Both the position numbers and the translations under genes were made by a program. Positions 19,723 to 29,776 of a stretch of 64,000 nt of DNA are shown here, piece after piece. The notes beneath the pieces are model-generated. The model made no database searches and was not told the origin of the DNA. It saw nothing but the letters and a program-made list of their open reading frames with translations. Position 1 is the stretch's first letter, and the number at the start of each line of letters is the position of its first letter. Origin of the DNA: an uncultured Spirochaetales bacterium (GTDB lineage: Bacteria > Spirochaetota > Spirochaetia > CAYRYS01); assembly GCA_964428555.1 (NCBI GenBank), contig CAYRYS010000007.1, positions 3,787 to 67,786 of the forward strand, written 5' to 3'.

Positions 19723-20886
19723 ATGAATATTGAAATTGTTGATGAACAATTAGACAATCCAACGCGGATCCGGGTAATAGGAGTCGGCGGCGGAGGTAAT
19801 AATGCAGTAAACCGAATGATAGAAGGCGGTCTGCAGAATGTTGAATTTATTGCAATGAATACTGATAAACAGGCATTGCACCATTCTCTTGCTCAGACCA
19901 AGCATGCCCTTGGTGCAAAACTGACCGGCGGACTTGGAGCAGGAGGCATTCCGGAGATCGGCGCAAAAGCTGCGCAGGAAGATAAAGAAGAGCTTCAGCA
20001 GCTAATGAAAAACACTGATATGATTTTCATTACCGCTGGAATGGGCGGCGGAACTGGTACTGGTGCTGCCCCTGTGGTTGCTGAAATCGCAAAAGAGATG
20101 GGAATCCTTACAGTTGCGGTAGTAACCAAGCCGTTTGATTTTGAGGGCAAGCGAAAAATGAAGCTTGCTGAAGAGGGGATTGCAAAACTGCGTGAAGCAG
20201 TTGATACTCTTATCACAATTCCGAATCAATACTTACTGAGAATTGTAGACAAGCGTACTCCGATAAAGCAGGCGTTTCTTCTTGCTGATGATGTTCTCAG
20301 ACAAGGAGTACAAGGTATTTCAGATCTTATTACTGTTCCCGGTATGATTAATATCGATTTTGCAGATGTCAAAACTATTATGGCAGGTAGAGGCGATGCC
20401 CTGATGGGGATCGGTATTGGAGAAGGTGATAACCGTGCTGTGGATGCTGCAACTAATGCGATCAACAACCCACTGTTAGAAGATGCGAAGGTGGAAGGCG
20501 CAAAAGGTATTCTCGTTAATATTACAGGCGGAGAAGACCTTTCATTAACAGAGTTTGATGAAATTAACAAAATAATTACTGCAAAAGCAGATGATAACGC
20601 GATTATCATTGCAGGAAGTGCGATTGACCCCAGCTTAGACGATGAAATAAAAGTCACTGTTATTGCAACCGGCTTTACAGCAGAAAGTGCAGCCGAAGCA
20701 AACGATGTTTACGAGGACAAGGAAAAGAGCGAGATTATTTCGTACGATGAATGGAGAATGATCAATAAAGGTATTATCAAAAAATCCGCTTCTGACTTTT
20801 TAAGTTCAAGGAATTCGGAAGATTCTGATTTGCATATTCCAACAGTTCTTAGAGACAGGAAAATAGTAGGAGGAGAAGAGAAGTAG
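19723..20886 (+). CDS. ftsZ: Cell division protein FtsZ
   Basis: [19 protein letters not shown] tubulin signature, NIDFAD, C-terminal IPTVLR; ATG 19723 with GGGAGG SD. Confidence 0.98.
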   Translation: MNIEIVDEQLDNPTRIRVIGVGGGGNNAVNRMIEGGLQNVEFIAMNTDKQALHHSLAQTKHALGAKLTGGLGAGGIPEIGAKAAQEDKEELQQLMKNTDMIFITAGMGGGTGTGAAPVVAEIAKEMGILTVAVVTKPFDFEGKRKMKLAEEGIAKLREAVDTLITIPNQYLLRIVDKRTPIKQAFLLADDVLRQGVQGISDLITVPGMINIDFADVKTIMAGRGDALMGIGIGEGDNRAVDAATNAINNPLLEDAKVEGAKGILVNITGGEDLSLTEFDEINKIITAKADDNAIIIAGSAIDPSLDDEIKVTVIATGFTAESAAEANDVYEDKEKSEIISYDEWRMINKGIIKKSASDFLSSRNSEDSDLHIPTVLRDRKIVGGEEK

Positions 20887-20888
20887 TA

Positions 20889-21776
20889 ATGAATATTACG
20901 GAAGCACTGGAACGCTATAAAATCTATCTCAACGTTCATTCACGGCTGCTTCCTGCTACTATAGAGACATACTCCCGGGAAATAAATGTGTTCCTTGAAT
21001 ATTTAATCGAACAAGGGTTTGGACCTGAAGAGATTGAAAGTGCAGTGATAATTGATTATCTTGTACAGCGTCAGGTAAATAATGTGGATCAGCGGACAAT
21101 TGCGAAAATAATTTCCTGTATCCGTTCTTTTTATGATTTTCTTGTTCGAGAAAAATACTGTGAAGAAAATCCAGCCCTGAATGTGGAGCTTCCCAAGGTC
21201 AGGAGAAAGCTCCCGGATGTATATACTGCAGACGAGGTAGATGCCTTTCTTGCAAGTATTGATACAGAAAAGCCGCTTGGAATACGGGACAGGGCTATGT
21301 TTGAGTTAATTTATTCATCAGGCTTGAGGATTTCAGAATTAACTGAATTGGTTTTTGACCGCGTATATTTTGATGAAGCCCTGCTGAGGGTTATAGGAAA
21401 AGGTAATAAAGAACGCTTAGTCCCTATCGGTGATGAGGCTATGTTTTGGCTGAATAGATATCTAAAGGATGCCCGTCCCAAAATTGCAAAGCCCCACAAA
21501 CCGACAAATGCTGTTTTTCTTAATCATTGGGGGAAAAAATTGTCCAGAAAAGGGGCATGGAAGCGTTTTCGCGAAATAGCGGATCTTGCTGGGGTTGGTG
21601 GTAAAATACACACTTTGCGCCATTCCTTTGCAACCCATCTTCTGCGGGGAGGTGCAGATCTGCGTGCGGTTCAGGAGCTATTGGGCCATTCTGATATTTC
21701 TACTACCCAGATCTACACGCATTTGGATTCTGATGATTTGAAAAAGCACCATGGGCAATTTCATCCCCATGGCTGA
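20889..21776 (+). CDS. xerD: Tyrosine recombinase XerD
   Basis: RDRAMFELIYSSGLRISE, GKGNKERLVP, HTLRHSFATHLL, LGHSDISTTQIY, HGQFHP tail. Confidence 0.85.
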   Translation: MNITEALERYKIYLNVHSRLLPATIETYSREINVFLEYLIEQGFGPEEIESAVIIDYLVQRQVNNVDQRTIAKIISCIRSFYDFLVREKYCEENPALNVELPKVRRKLPDVYTADEVDAFLASIDTEKPLGIRDRAMFELIYSSGLRISELTELVFDRVYFDEALLRVIGKGNKERLVPIGDEAMFWLNRYLKDARPKIAKPHKPTNAVFLNHWGKKLSRKGAWKRFREIADLAGVGGKIHTLRHSFATHLLRGGADLRAVQELLGHSDISTTQIYTHLDSDDLKKHHGQFHPHG

Positions 21777-21811
21777 AGTGTAAGGATTATAAAAGAGATA
21801 AGAGTATTAGT

Positions 21812-22531
21812 ATGAAAAAAATTGTATTGCTGATTGTGACAAGTATTATTCTACTCGGTTCCTCCTGTTCACCGGTCCGTCAGGACTACCTCCAGCAAAT
21901 GCGTGAATTCGAAGCTGAGGGATATGAAGGCCGGGAGATTACCCGGGAACGTGTGGCTGAATTAGAAGCCCAGATCCAGGAATATGCTGAGCGTGTTGAT
22001 GAAATAGTTGATACCATGCAGGACATTGGGTTTGCATATAAGATGATCGCAAGGCAGCTTATGGATCGTGAGATGTACGGCCAAGCCCTTGAATACTATC
22101 GACAAGCAATTGAATATTTTCCGACTAATAAGATTCTCCATTACTATGCAGGCTTGTGTGCGGGTCAGATGTATGTAGCTACTGAGGCCGACCAAGAGGC
22201 ATCTGAATATCTCAATGCTGCAGTTGAGTTTTACCAGCAGGCAATTGCAAATGACAGTGGTTATGTTGATGCCTTATATGCTTTGTCAGTAATTTACATA
22301 TTTGAACTTGATCAGCCTGAAGAAGCACAGCCCCTGCTTGAGCGTATCATTGAAGGGGAATCACAGAACGTTGAAGCACGGTTTCTGCTTGCCCGGGTGT
22401 ATGTACAGCAGAATAGAATAGAAGAGGCGATTGACTTATACGATACAATAATTGAAGTTGCCAATTCTGCAGAAGCGCGGCAGCAGGCTGAAGCGAATAA
22501 ACAGCAGTTAACAGAAAGGGGAGGAATGTAG
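21812..22531 (+). CDS. TPR-repeat (lipo)protein
   Basis: Signal peptide with lipobox-like LGSSC; several TPR helices (ALEYYRQAIEYFP, AVEFYQQAI, ARFLLARVY). Confidence 0.8.
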   Translation: MKKIVLLIVTSIILLGSSCSPVRQDYLQQMREFEAEGYEGREITRERVAELEAQIQEYAERVDEIVDTMQDIGFAYKMIARQLMDREMYGQALEYYRQAIEYFPTNKILHYYAGLCAGQMYVATEADQEASEYLNAAVEFYQQAIANDSGYVDALYALSVIYIFELDQPEEAQPLLERIIEGESQNVEARFLLARVYVQQNRIEEAIDLYDTIIEVANSAEARQQAEANKQQLTERGGM

Positions 22532-23518
22532 ATGGAAAGACTGCTTATTATAGCACTCCATTCAGTCAGTTTCCTCTCTACCTCTGAAAAGCTCCTTCTT
22601 CTTGAAACGGTAAATACTATTACAGAGCTTGTGCGTCTAGGAAAAAGCGAGCTTGAACAGATGCTTGGCCGGAAAATACGGTCACGGTTTACCGGGTTTT
22701 CAGACCATGTCAGAAAAGCAGAATCCGTGCTGTATTTATGCAGTTCATTAAATATACGCACAGTGTGTTACTGGGATCATGAGTATCCGCCCCAGCTCCG
22801 GGAAATCTACAATCCTCCCTTTATGCTGTTTTATAAAGGCAGTTTGCCTGCATATACCAAGCCTATGATCAGTATTGTTGGTACAAGGAAGCCTGACGGT
22901 TTGGGAAGAGAGGCAGCGTATTCTTTGGGTTTTTATTTTGCAGGGCAGAATATCCCTGTTGTTTCCGGTCTGGCTCTTGGGATAGACACTGAAGCCCACA
23001 AAGGGGCAGTAGAATACCCTGGTATAACCATAGCAGTGCTCGGATGCGGTGTGGATACGATCTATCCCGGTCAGAATAAGCATGTTGCTTCTCAGATTCT
23101 GGAAAACAAGGGAGCCCTGATTAGCGAATACTTTCCCGGAACACTTCCTCTGAAGCACCGGTTCCCTGAACGGAACCGGATTATAGCCGGATTGTCCAGG
23201 GGCGTTGTAGTTGTACAGGCACCCAGACGCTCAGGTGCATTGATTACTGCAGACTTTGCTGTTGAGGAAGGAAGAGAGGTTTATGTCCATAAAGCAGGTA
23301 CCGACGGACAGGTCTCAGAAGGAAGCAAACGGCTTTTATACCAAGGTGCTCAGGAGATTTACACGCATAATGATGTTCTTCGCGACTGGTTTGGTGAAAA
23401 AGCGGGTGCCTCTCCCTTGAAATTACAACGGAGATATATCACTATTGCTCAGCAGATGAGAGAAGAGCTTTCAGGAAGGATACAGAGAAAATACGGAAAG
23501 GTGCTGAGGAGAACCTAG
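22532..23518 (+). CDS. dprA: DNA-processing protein DprA/Smf
   Basis: YPPQLREI, IVGTR, VVSGLALGID, FPERNRIIAG, SGALITA. Confidence 0.95.
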   Translation: MERLLIIALHSVSFLSTSEKLLLLETVNTITELVRLGKSELEQMLGRKIRSRFTGFSDHVRKAESVLYLCSSLNIRTVCYWDHEYPPQLREIYNPPFMLFYKGSLPAYTKPMISIVGTRKPDGLGREAAYSLGFYFAGQNIPVVSGLALGIDTEAHKGAVEYPGITIAVLGCGVDTIYPGQNKHVASQILENKGALISEYFPGTLPLKHRFPERNRIIAGLSRGVVVVQAPRRSGALITADFAVEEGREVYVHKAGTDGQVSEGSKRLLYQGAQEIYTHNDVLRDWFGEKAGASPLKLQRRYITIAQQMREELSGRIQRKYGKVLRRT

Positions 23519-23519
23519 T

Positions 23520-25619
23520 ATGGCAAAGAAGAAACTGGAAACACTAGTTATTGTGGAATCTCCCGCAAAGGCAAAGACCATCGAAAAATACCTTGGAAAG
23601 GGCTATTCAGTGGCTGCTTCAATGGGGCATCTCATTGATCTTCCAAAATCCAGGATGGCTATCGATGTAGAACACGGATTTGCCCCTGAATATATTACTG
23701 TTCGGGGCAAGGCGAAAATTCTGAAGGAATTACAGAGCAAAGCCGGTAAATCTGATCAGGTCTTGCTTGCTTCGGATAATGACCGTGAAGGGGAAGCAAT
23801 AGCTTATCATATACGCAACTCAATTCAGAAGAAAAAAGATGTGCCCATTTCGCGCATTATCTTCAATGAAATAACACCCAATGCAATCCGGGATGCAGTA
23901 AAAGAACCCATAGGTATTGATGAGAACAAGGTACAAGCCCAAAAGGCCCGCCGCGTTCTAGACAGGCTTGTTGGGTATAATCTATCCCCGCTTCTATGGA
24001 AAAAGGTGAAAAACGGCCTCTCTGCAGGAAGGGTGCAGTCTGTTGCACTGCGACTTATCTGTGAACGGGAAGCTGAGGTTGAATCCTTTATTCCTGAGGA
24101 ATACTGGACCTTAGAAGCAAAGATGAAAAAGGGAAAATCTGTTTTTACTACACAGATGGTAAGCTGGAAGGGTGAAAAGCCTAACTTAAAATCTGAGGAT
24201 GCAGTAAAAGCTGTTATTACTGAGATAGATAATAAAGACGCGGTTGTTTCTGCAATCAAGGAAACAGATAAGACCCTTAAGCCCAGAGCTCCTTTTATCA
24301 CTTCTACGCTCCAGCAGACAGCTGCAAACAGGCTTGGGTTTACTTCCAGAAAAACCATGCAGATTGCGCAGCAGCTCTACGAAGGTATTAACCTTGGTTC
24401 AAGCAGGATCGGACTGATCACATACATGCGTACTGATTCAACCCGTATCTCTAACTTTGCATTACAAGAGGCGCGGGAATATATTGAACAGGAATTTCCT
24501 AAAGAGCTTCCTGATAAACCGCGGCATTATACTGCTGGAAAAGGAGCACAGGACGCTCACGAAGCAATTCGTCCAACCATGGTAAAGTATTCTCCGGATT
24601 ATGTGAAGAAATACCTGTCAAAGGACCAATTTAAGCTGTACTCCATTATTTGGGAACGCTTTATGGCATCCCAAATGGAAAACGCTGTTACCCGTACTAC
24701 ATCTGCTGAGATATCAGTCGGGGATGCAGTATTCCGCGGAACATCTACCAAAGCAGTAAAAAAAGGTTTTCAAAAGGTACTTAAGCTCCTAAAGTCAAAG
24801 GAAAAAGCCAAGAAAATGCCTATTCTTTCTGAAGGTGATGAGCTTGCTGTTGAAGAGTATCTTCCGGACCAGCACTTTACCCAAGGACCGGCACGGTACA
24901 CAGATGCAACAATTGTAAAGGCTTTAGAGGAAAAAGGCATTGGAAGGCCGTCAACCTATGCACCGATTATATCAGTGCTTTTGGACAGGTACTATGTTGT
25001 ACGGAAAAACAAGCAGCTCATGCCTACGGTTCTGGGAAAAATTATCAATGATATTCTCATTACCCAGTTTTCAGATGTACTGGATGTCAATTTTACTGCA
25101 GAGATGGAACAGAAACTGGATAAAGTAGAAGATGACCAACTCGAATGGAACAAGGTTTTAAAAGAATTCTATGGGCCTTTTAAGGCACAGGTTGACCATG
25201 TTATGGAAACCCTGGAGTCAATTAAGGGCATAATGGATGAGGAAACAGAATATAAATGTGAGAAGTGCGGACGCCCGATGGTTAAAAAGCTCGGCAGGTA
25301 CGGATACTTTCTCGCGTGCTCCGGATTCCCGGAGTGTATGAATACAAAATCAGTACCTCTTGCTGAGTGTCCCAGACCGAACTGCGACGGCAAGATTATT
25401 GCCAGACGGAAGCAAGGGGGAAGGGGAAAGGAATTTTACGGATGTACCAATTATCCGGAATGTGATTTCATTTCCCATTTTAAGCCTACCAATACGGATT
25501 GCCCCAACTGCGGTCAGTTCCTGGTAGAGAAATATGATAAAAAAAGAGGTACGTACAAGGCGTGTATAAACCCTGAGTGCGATTACCTACATATGCATGA
25601 TGATGAAGAAAAGAATTGA
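23520..25619 (+). CDS. topA: DNA topoisomerase I
   Basis: IVESPAKAKTI, DNDREGEAI, SAGRVQS, ITYMRTDS (catalytic Tyr), GIGRPSTY, C-terminal zinc ribbons. Confidence 0.98.
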   Translation: MAKKKLETLVIVESPAKAKTIEKYLGKGYSVAASMGHLIDLPKSRMAIDVEHGFAPEYITVRGKAKILKELQSKAGKSDQVLLASDNDREGEAIAYHIRNSIQKKKDVPISRIIFNEITPNAIRDAVKEPIGIDENKVQAQKARRVLDRLVGYNLSPLLWKKVKNGLSAGRVQSVALRLICEREAEVESFIPEEYWTLEAKMKKGKSVFTTQMVSWKGEKPNLKSEDAVKAVITEIDNKDAVVSAIKETDKTLKPRAPFITSTLQQTAANRLGFTSRKTMQIAQQLYEGINLGSSRIGLITYMRTDSTRISNFALQEAREYIEQEFPKELPDKPRHYTAGKGAQDAHEAIRPTMVKYSPDYVKKYLSKDQFKLYSIIWERFMASQMENAVTRTTSAEISVGDAVFRGTSTKAVKKGFQKVLKLLKSKEKAKKMPILSEGDELAVEEYLPDQHFTQGPARYTDATIVKALEEKGIGRPSTYAPIISVLLDRYYVVRKNKQLMPTVLGKIINDILITQFSDVLDVNFTAEMEQKLDKVEDDQLEWNKVLKEFYGPFKAQVDHVMETLESIKGIMDEETEYKCEKCGRPMVKKLGRYGYFLACSGFPECMNTKSVPLAECPRPNCDGKIIARRKQGGRGKEFYGCTNYPECDFISHFKPTNTDCPNCGQFLVEKYDKKRGTYKACINPECDYLHMHDDEEKN

Positions 25620-26511
25620 GGAATACTTACAGTATGTACGCAGTGTGAAAAACCTGTCAGAGAATACAGTTGATGCATATCGACATGATCTGACTGGTTA
25701 CTGCGAGTTCCTCGAAGAACGGGATGCCTTGGATTTAGAGTATGATACATTCATTGCTGAGGCATATCTGTTAGAGTTGAAAAACAGCGGTCTGACGGAA
25801 AACAGTATTAACCGCATTATAAGTGCGCTAAAAGGATATTATTCTTACAGACACCGCTATTTTTCAGAAGCCCAGGGGCCGTTCGCCTCTGTGCGGAGTC
25901 TGCGGAGCGGAAGAAAGCTGCCGACTATACTGTTCCGCAAAGAGATTGAAGCCATGCTCGAGCTTCCTGGAGAGGACTTCTCCGGAATGCGGGACCGGGT
26001 TATTATGGAATTTTTGTATTCATCCGGATGCAGGGTTTCCGAGCTGGCAGGGCTCAATGTATCGGATATTGATTTTAGTCAAGGGGCAGCGCGGGTCCTT
26101 GGTAAAGGCCGTAAGGAACGGTTTGTTTTCCTTGGGAAGCAGGCACGGAAGATAGTGAAGGAATATCTACAGATGCGCAGACACCATGTCAAAGCTGATA
26201 AAGCTGATTCTCAAAAGGCATTGTTGTTGAACGAACATGGAAGCAGACTGTCAACAAGAGGTATTTCTTATATTATTAGCAGATATGCGGAGAGAGCCGG
26301 GCTGTTGAAGAAGGTTTCTCCCCATACATTCAGGCATTCTTTTGCTACACACATGCTTAACATGGGAGCTGATATCCGGATAGTGCAGGAAATGCTCGGT
26401 CATGCGAGCCTATCCACTACCCAGATATACACCCATCTTGGAATAGATGGACTGAAGCAGGTATATAAACAAGCCCACCCTCGGGCAAAACGAAGTAAGG
26501 AGCAGACATGA
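25597..26511 (+). CDS. xerC: Tyrosine recombinase XerC
   Basis: [43 protein letters not shown]; topA-xerC-hslVU synteny. Confidence 0.85.
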   Translation: MMMKKRIEEYLQYVRSVKNLSENTVDAYRHDLTGYCEFLEERDALDLEYDTFIAEAYLLELKNSGLTENSINRIISALKGYYSYRHRYFSEAQGPFASVRSLRSGRKLPTILFRKEIEAMLELPGEDFSGMRDRVIMEFLYSSGCRVSELAGLNVSDIDFSQGAARVLGKGRKERFVFLGKQARKIVKEYLQMRRHHVKADKADSQKALLLNEHGSRLSTRGISYIISRYAERAGLLKKVSPHTFRHSFATHMLNMGADIRIVQEMLGHASLSTTQIYTHLGIDGLKQVYKQAHPRAKRSKEQT

Positions 26512-27047
26512 ATATGAGACTGGATGGAACAACCATCCTGGCTGTAAGAAAAGACGGCAAGGTTGCTATGGCAGGAGATGGACAAGTTACTCTCGGTCAA
26601 ACAGTAATGAAGGGAAATGCAAGAAAAATACGAAAAATATATGATAACAAGATATTAGTGGGATTTGCCGGAGCAACAGCTGACGCATTTACCCTGTTTG
26701 AACTATTTGAGAAAAAGATCAAACAGTATGGAGGTGACCTCACCAGAGGAGCAGTTGAGCTTGCCAAAGAATGGAGAACTGACAAGATACTCAGAAGACT
26801 GGAAGCAATGCTCCTGGTCGCAGACAGCAAGGCAATGTATGTTATTTCCGGAAATGGTGATGTAATTGAACCGGAAAAAGGCGCTATCGCAATCGGCTCA
26901 GGCGGAAACTACGCATATGCTGCGGCTTTAGCATATTTGGAGAGCGCTGAATATGATGCAAAGGAAATTGCAAAACGGTCTCTTGAAATAGCAGCATCAA
27001 TCTGTATCTATACAAACAACCAGCTTGTGTTGGAGGAACTTGAATGA
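26508..27047 (+). CDS. hslV: ATP-dependent protease peptidase subunit HslV
   Basis: GTTILAV (N-terminal Thr nucleophile), [20 protein letters not shown]. Confidence 0.97.
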   Translation: MNMRLDGTTILAVRKDGKVAMAGDGQVTLGQTVMKGNARKIRKIYDNKILVGFAGATADAFTLFELFEKKIKQYGGDLTRGAVELAKEWRTDKILRRLEAMLLVADSKAMYVISGNGDVIEPEKGAIAIGSGGNYAYAAALAYLESAEYDAKEIAKRSLEIAASICIYTNNQLVLEELE

Positions 27048-28417
27048 GCAAGGATATATTGAAATCACTCACTCCCAGGGAGATTGTAGAGTCCCTGGAT
27101 AAATACATAATCGGCCAGGAAAAGGCCAAAAAAGCAGTAGCAATTGCTCTGCGCAACCGCATGAGAAGACAGAAGCTCTCAGAAGAAATGCGGGATGAAA
27201 TTGCACCAAAGAACATTATCATGATAGGCCCAACCGGGGTAGGTAAAACGGAAATTGCCAGACGCCTTTCAAAACTTGTAGATGCACCTTTTATGAAAGT
27301 TGAAGCAACCAAGTTTACGGAAGTCGGGTATGTGGGCAGAGACGTGGAGTCAATGGTCAGGGACCTGATGTCAGTTGCAATTACCATGGTAAAAACAGAA
27401 ATGCGTGAAGCGGTGCGTGAAGAAGCTGAAAAACGGACTGAAGAGGCAATCTTAGACCTGCTCCTTCCTGGAGTAAAAAAGAATGCACCGGGAAACAAAC
27501 CCGGCGAAGTAATTCAGCAGGAGGAAAAGCCGTCTTCGTCCACTAGAGATAAATTCAGGGACATGCTGAGAGAAGGAAAGCTTGAAGATAAGGAAGTAGA
27601 GGTTTCTGTGTCCAAAGGCGGAGGCTTTCCCGCAATAGAGATCTTTTCAGGAAACAGTTTTGAAGAAATGGATGTGAACTTTGCAAACCTTGGAAACATC
27701 TTTGGCGGCCAAAAAATGAAGAAAAAACATGTGACCGTAAAAGACGCCCGGGAAATTCTCGTTTCTCAGGAAATGGACAAGCTGATTGACCATGACAAGG
27801 TAACTGAGCTGGCAAAACAGCGGGTTGAGAACATGGGAATCATCTTTATAGACGAGGTGGACAAAATTGCTGCAAAGCAAAGCCAGTCAGGAGCAGATGT
27901 TTCCAGAGAAGGTGTACAGCGGGATATCCTGCCGATAGTAGAAGGGTCTACAGTAAACACAAAGTACGGCATGATCGATACTTCTCACATTCTTTTTATT
28001 GCTGCAGGTGCTTTTCATATATCAAAACCATCTGACCTGATCCCTGAGCTTCAGGGCCGTTTTCCGCTGCGCGTAGAGTTGGATGATCTGCATAGAGAGG
28101 ACTTTGTGAAAATCCTTACGCAGCCGCAAAACGCGCTGACCAGGCAGTATGTGGAGCTGTTGAAAACTGAGGAAGTTACCATTAATTTTACTGATGAAGC
28201 AATAGACAGGTTGTCCGAACTGGCGGAAGAAGTGAATTCCAGGTCTGAGAATATCGGTGCCCGGAGGCTGCATACAATTATGGAGCTTCTTTTAGAAGAA
28301 GTAAGCTATTATGCGCCTGAAATGAAGGGACAAACAGTGGATATAACCAGGGAATATGTTGATCAAAGGCTTGTTGATATTGTGGAGGACCAGGATCTGA
28401 CACGGTATATTTTATAG
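27044..28417 (+). CDS. hslU: ATP-dependent protease ATPase subunit HslU
   Basis: [45 protein letters not shown]-terminal RYIL. Confidence 0.98.
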   Translation: MSKDILKSLTPREIVESLDKYIIGQEKAKKAVAIALRNRMRRQKLSEEMRDEIAPKNIIMIGPTGVGKTEIARRLSKLVDAPFMKVEATKFTEVGYVGRDVESMVRDLMSVAITMVKTEMREAVREEAEKRTEEAILDLLLPGVKKNAPGNKPGEVIQQEEKPSSSTRDKFRDMLREGKLEDKEVEVSVSKGGGFPAIEIFSGNSFEEMDVNFANLGNIFGGQKMKKKHVTVKDAREILVSQEMDKLIDHDKVTELAKQRVENMGIIFIDEVDKIAAKQSQSGADVSREGVQRDILPIVEGSTVNTKYGMIDTSHILFIAAGAFHISKPSDLIPELQGRFPLRVELDDLHREDFVKILTQPQNALTRQYVELLKTEEVTINFTDEAIDRLSELAEEVNSRSENIGARRLHTIMELLLEEVSYYAPEMKGQTVDITREYVDQRLVDIVEDQDLTRYIL

Positions 28418-28426
28418 AGAATTCCC

Positions 28427-28453
28427 TAAACCGGTATCAAATGATACCGACAA
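28427..28453 (+). promoter_or_regulatory. Putative sigma28 (FliA) promoter of flgB operon
   Basis: TAAA-N15-ACCGACAA vs consensus TAAA-N15-GCCGATAA; 37 bp upstream of flgB. Confidence 0.7.
28432..28449. repeat. Perfect 8-bp inverted repeat overlapping the sigma28 promoter
   Basis: CGGTATCA-AA-TGATACCG. Confidence 0.75.
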
Positions 28454-28490
28454 TAGAAGTGAGGAAGATTTTGGAAAGGAGCAGAAAACG

Positions 28491-28907
28491 ATGTTCTTAA
28501 ACAACAGCTTCGGCAGATCAGTCGATATTCTCCATAGGTCAATGGACGTTTCCCTATTGAGACGAAATGTCACTGCTGACAATATTGCAAACGCGGACAC
28601 CCCGAATTTTAAGCGCTCAGAAGTTAACTTTGAATCAGAGCTGCGAAGGGCAATTGAAACGGAAAATGACCGCACAATGGAAGCAAGGGCAACTGATCCC
28701 CGGCATATTTCCTTTAACAGGCCAGTGGACTACAGAACAGTACGGCCTGCTGTTCGGTTGGACCATCTGACAACAACTGACAATAATGGAAACAATGTGG
28801 ACGCGGAGGTTGAATCCATGAATCTTCTAGAAAATGAGCTTATGTACACAATGATGATCCGAATGGTGAACCACCAGTTCCAACAGGTGAATTCTGTACT
28901 TGCATAA
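28491..28907 (+). CDS. flgB: Flagellar rod protein FlgB
   Basis: NIANADTPNFKR, NGNNVD. Confidence 0.95.
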   Translation: MFLNNSFGRSVDILHRSMDVSLLRRNVTADNIANADTPNFKRSEVNFESELRRAIETENDRTMEARATDPRHISFNRPVDYRTVRPAVRLDHLTTTDNNGNNVDAEVESMNLLENELMYTMMIRMVNHQFQQVNSVLA

Positions 28908-28917
28908 GGAGTAGATA

Positions 28918-29376
28918 ATGGGAATGTTTTCAAGTATTAACATAGCAAGCTCAGGACTGACAGCGCAGCGCACACGGCTGGATGTCATTTCCGATAATAT
29001 TGCGAACGCGAATACAACAAGGACGCCGGAGGGCGGTCCGTTTCGCAGAAGCAGGGTGGTTTTTCGGCCTCGTGTAGACCAGCCCTATTGGGAAGGACCC
29101 TTTCGACCGGCTGCGTTTGACAATAGTGTTGGTGAAGGTGTGAGAATCGTAGAAATAAATGAAGATACTGACTCGCAGCCAAGGCTTGTGTATGATCCGA
29201 CACATCCTGATGCAATCCAGACAGGACCCAGGGCAGGGTATGTAGAATTTCCCAATGTGAACATTGTGAATGAAATGGTGGACATGATTTCCGCTTCTCG
29301 CTCCTATGAAGCGAATCTGGCGATTATCAATGGTTCCAAAAGCATGTTCTTAAAGTCCCTGGAAATTGGGAGGTAA
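28918..29376 (+). CDS. flgC: Flagellar rod protein FlgC
   Basis: SGLTAQR, NIANANT, YDPTHPDA, PNVNIVNEMVDMISASRSYEAN. Confidence 0.97.
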   Translation: MGMFSSINIASSGLTAQRTRLDVISDNIANANTTRTPEGGPFRRSRVVFRPRVDQPYWEGPFRPAAFDNSVGEGVRIVEINEDTDSQPRLVYDPTHPDAIQTGPRAGYVEFPNVNIVNEMVDMISASRSYEANLAIINGSKSMFLKSLEIGR

Positions 29377-29381
29377 TGTAG

Positions 29382-29714
29382 ATGATGTTTTTAGATTCTG
29401 GGCAGCTGGCAGGTGATTTTATTCAAATGCGGCGGCTTGATCCGAGGCACCTAAATGACCAAGGTCAGGCAGCTCCGTTGCAGCAGGAAGGGGACCAAAG
29501 CTTTTCAGATGTCCTTGTTACTGCATTGGACGGAGTGAATGATCTCCAGCAGCAGGCATCACAACTAGGTGAGCAGATGATTTTAGATCCTGAGAGTGTT
29601 GATTCCCACGATGTAACTATCGCTATGGCGGAAGCTAATATGGCACTCTCGATAACAAAAGCGGTGACAGACCGCGCTTTACGGGCATATAAGGAGATTA
29701 TCAGTATACGGTAG
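29382..29714 (+). CDS. fliE: Flagellar hook-basal body protein FliE
   Basis: SFSDVL...VNDLQ, HDVTIAM, AYKEI. Confidence 0.92.
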   Translation: MMFLDSGQLAGDFIQMRRLDPRHLNDQGQAAPLQQEGDQSFSDVLVTALDGVNDLQQQASQLGEQMILDPESVDSHDVTIAMAEANMALSITKAVTDRALRAYKEIISIR

Positions 29715-29776
29715 TAAAGGTATTCTGAAAAACACTATGCTCGAAGAGTAAGCCGTTTTATCAAAAAGGGGGGGGT

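Noticed and set aside
20889-26511. Two tyrosine recombinases flanking TPR-dprA-topA as a possible integrative element
   Set aside because: Both look like housekeeping XerD/XerC, the enclosed genes are core, and no att repeats or cargo were seen
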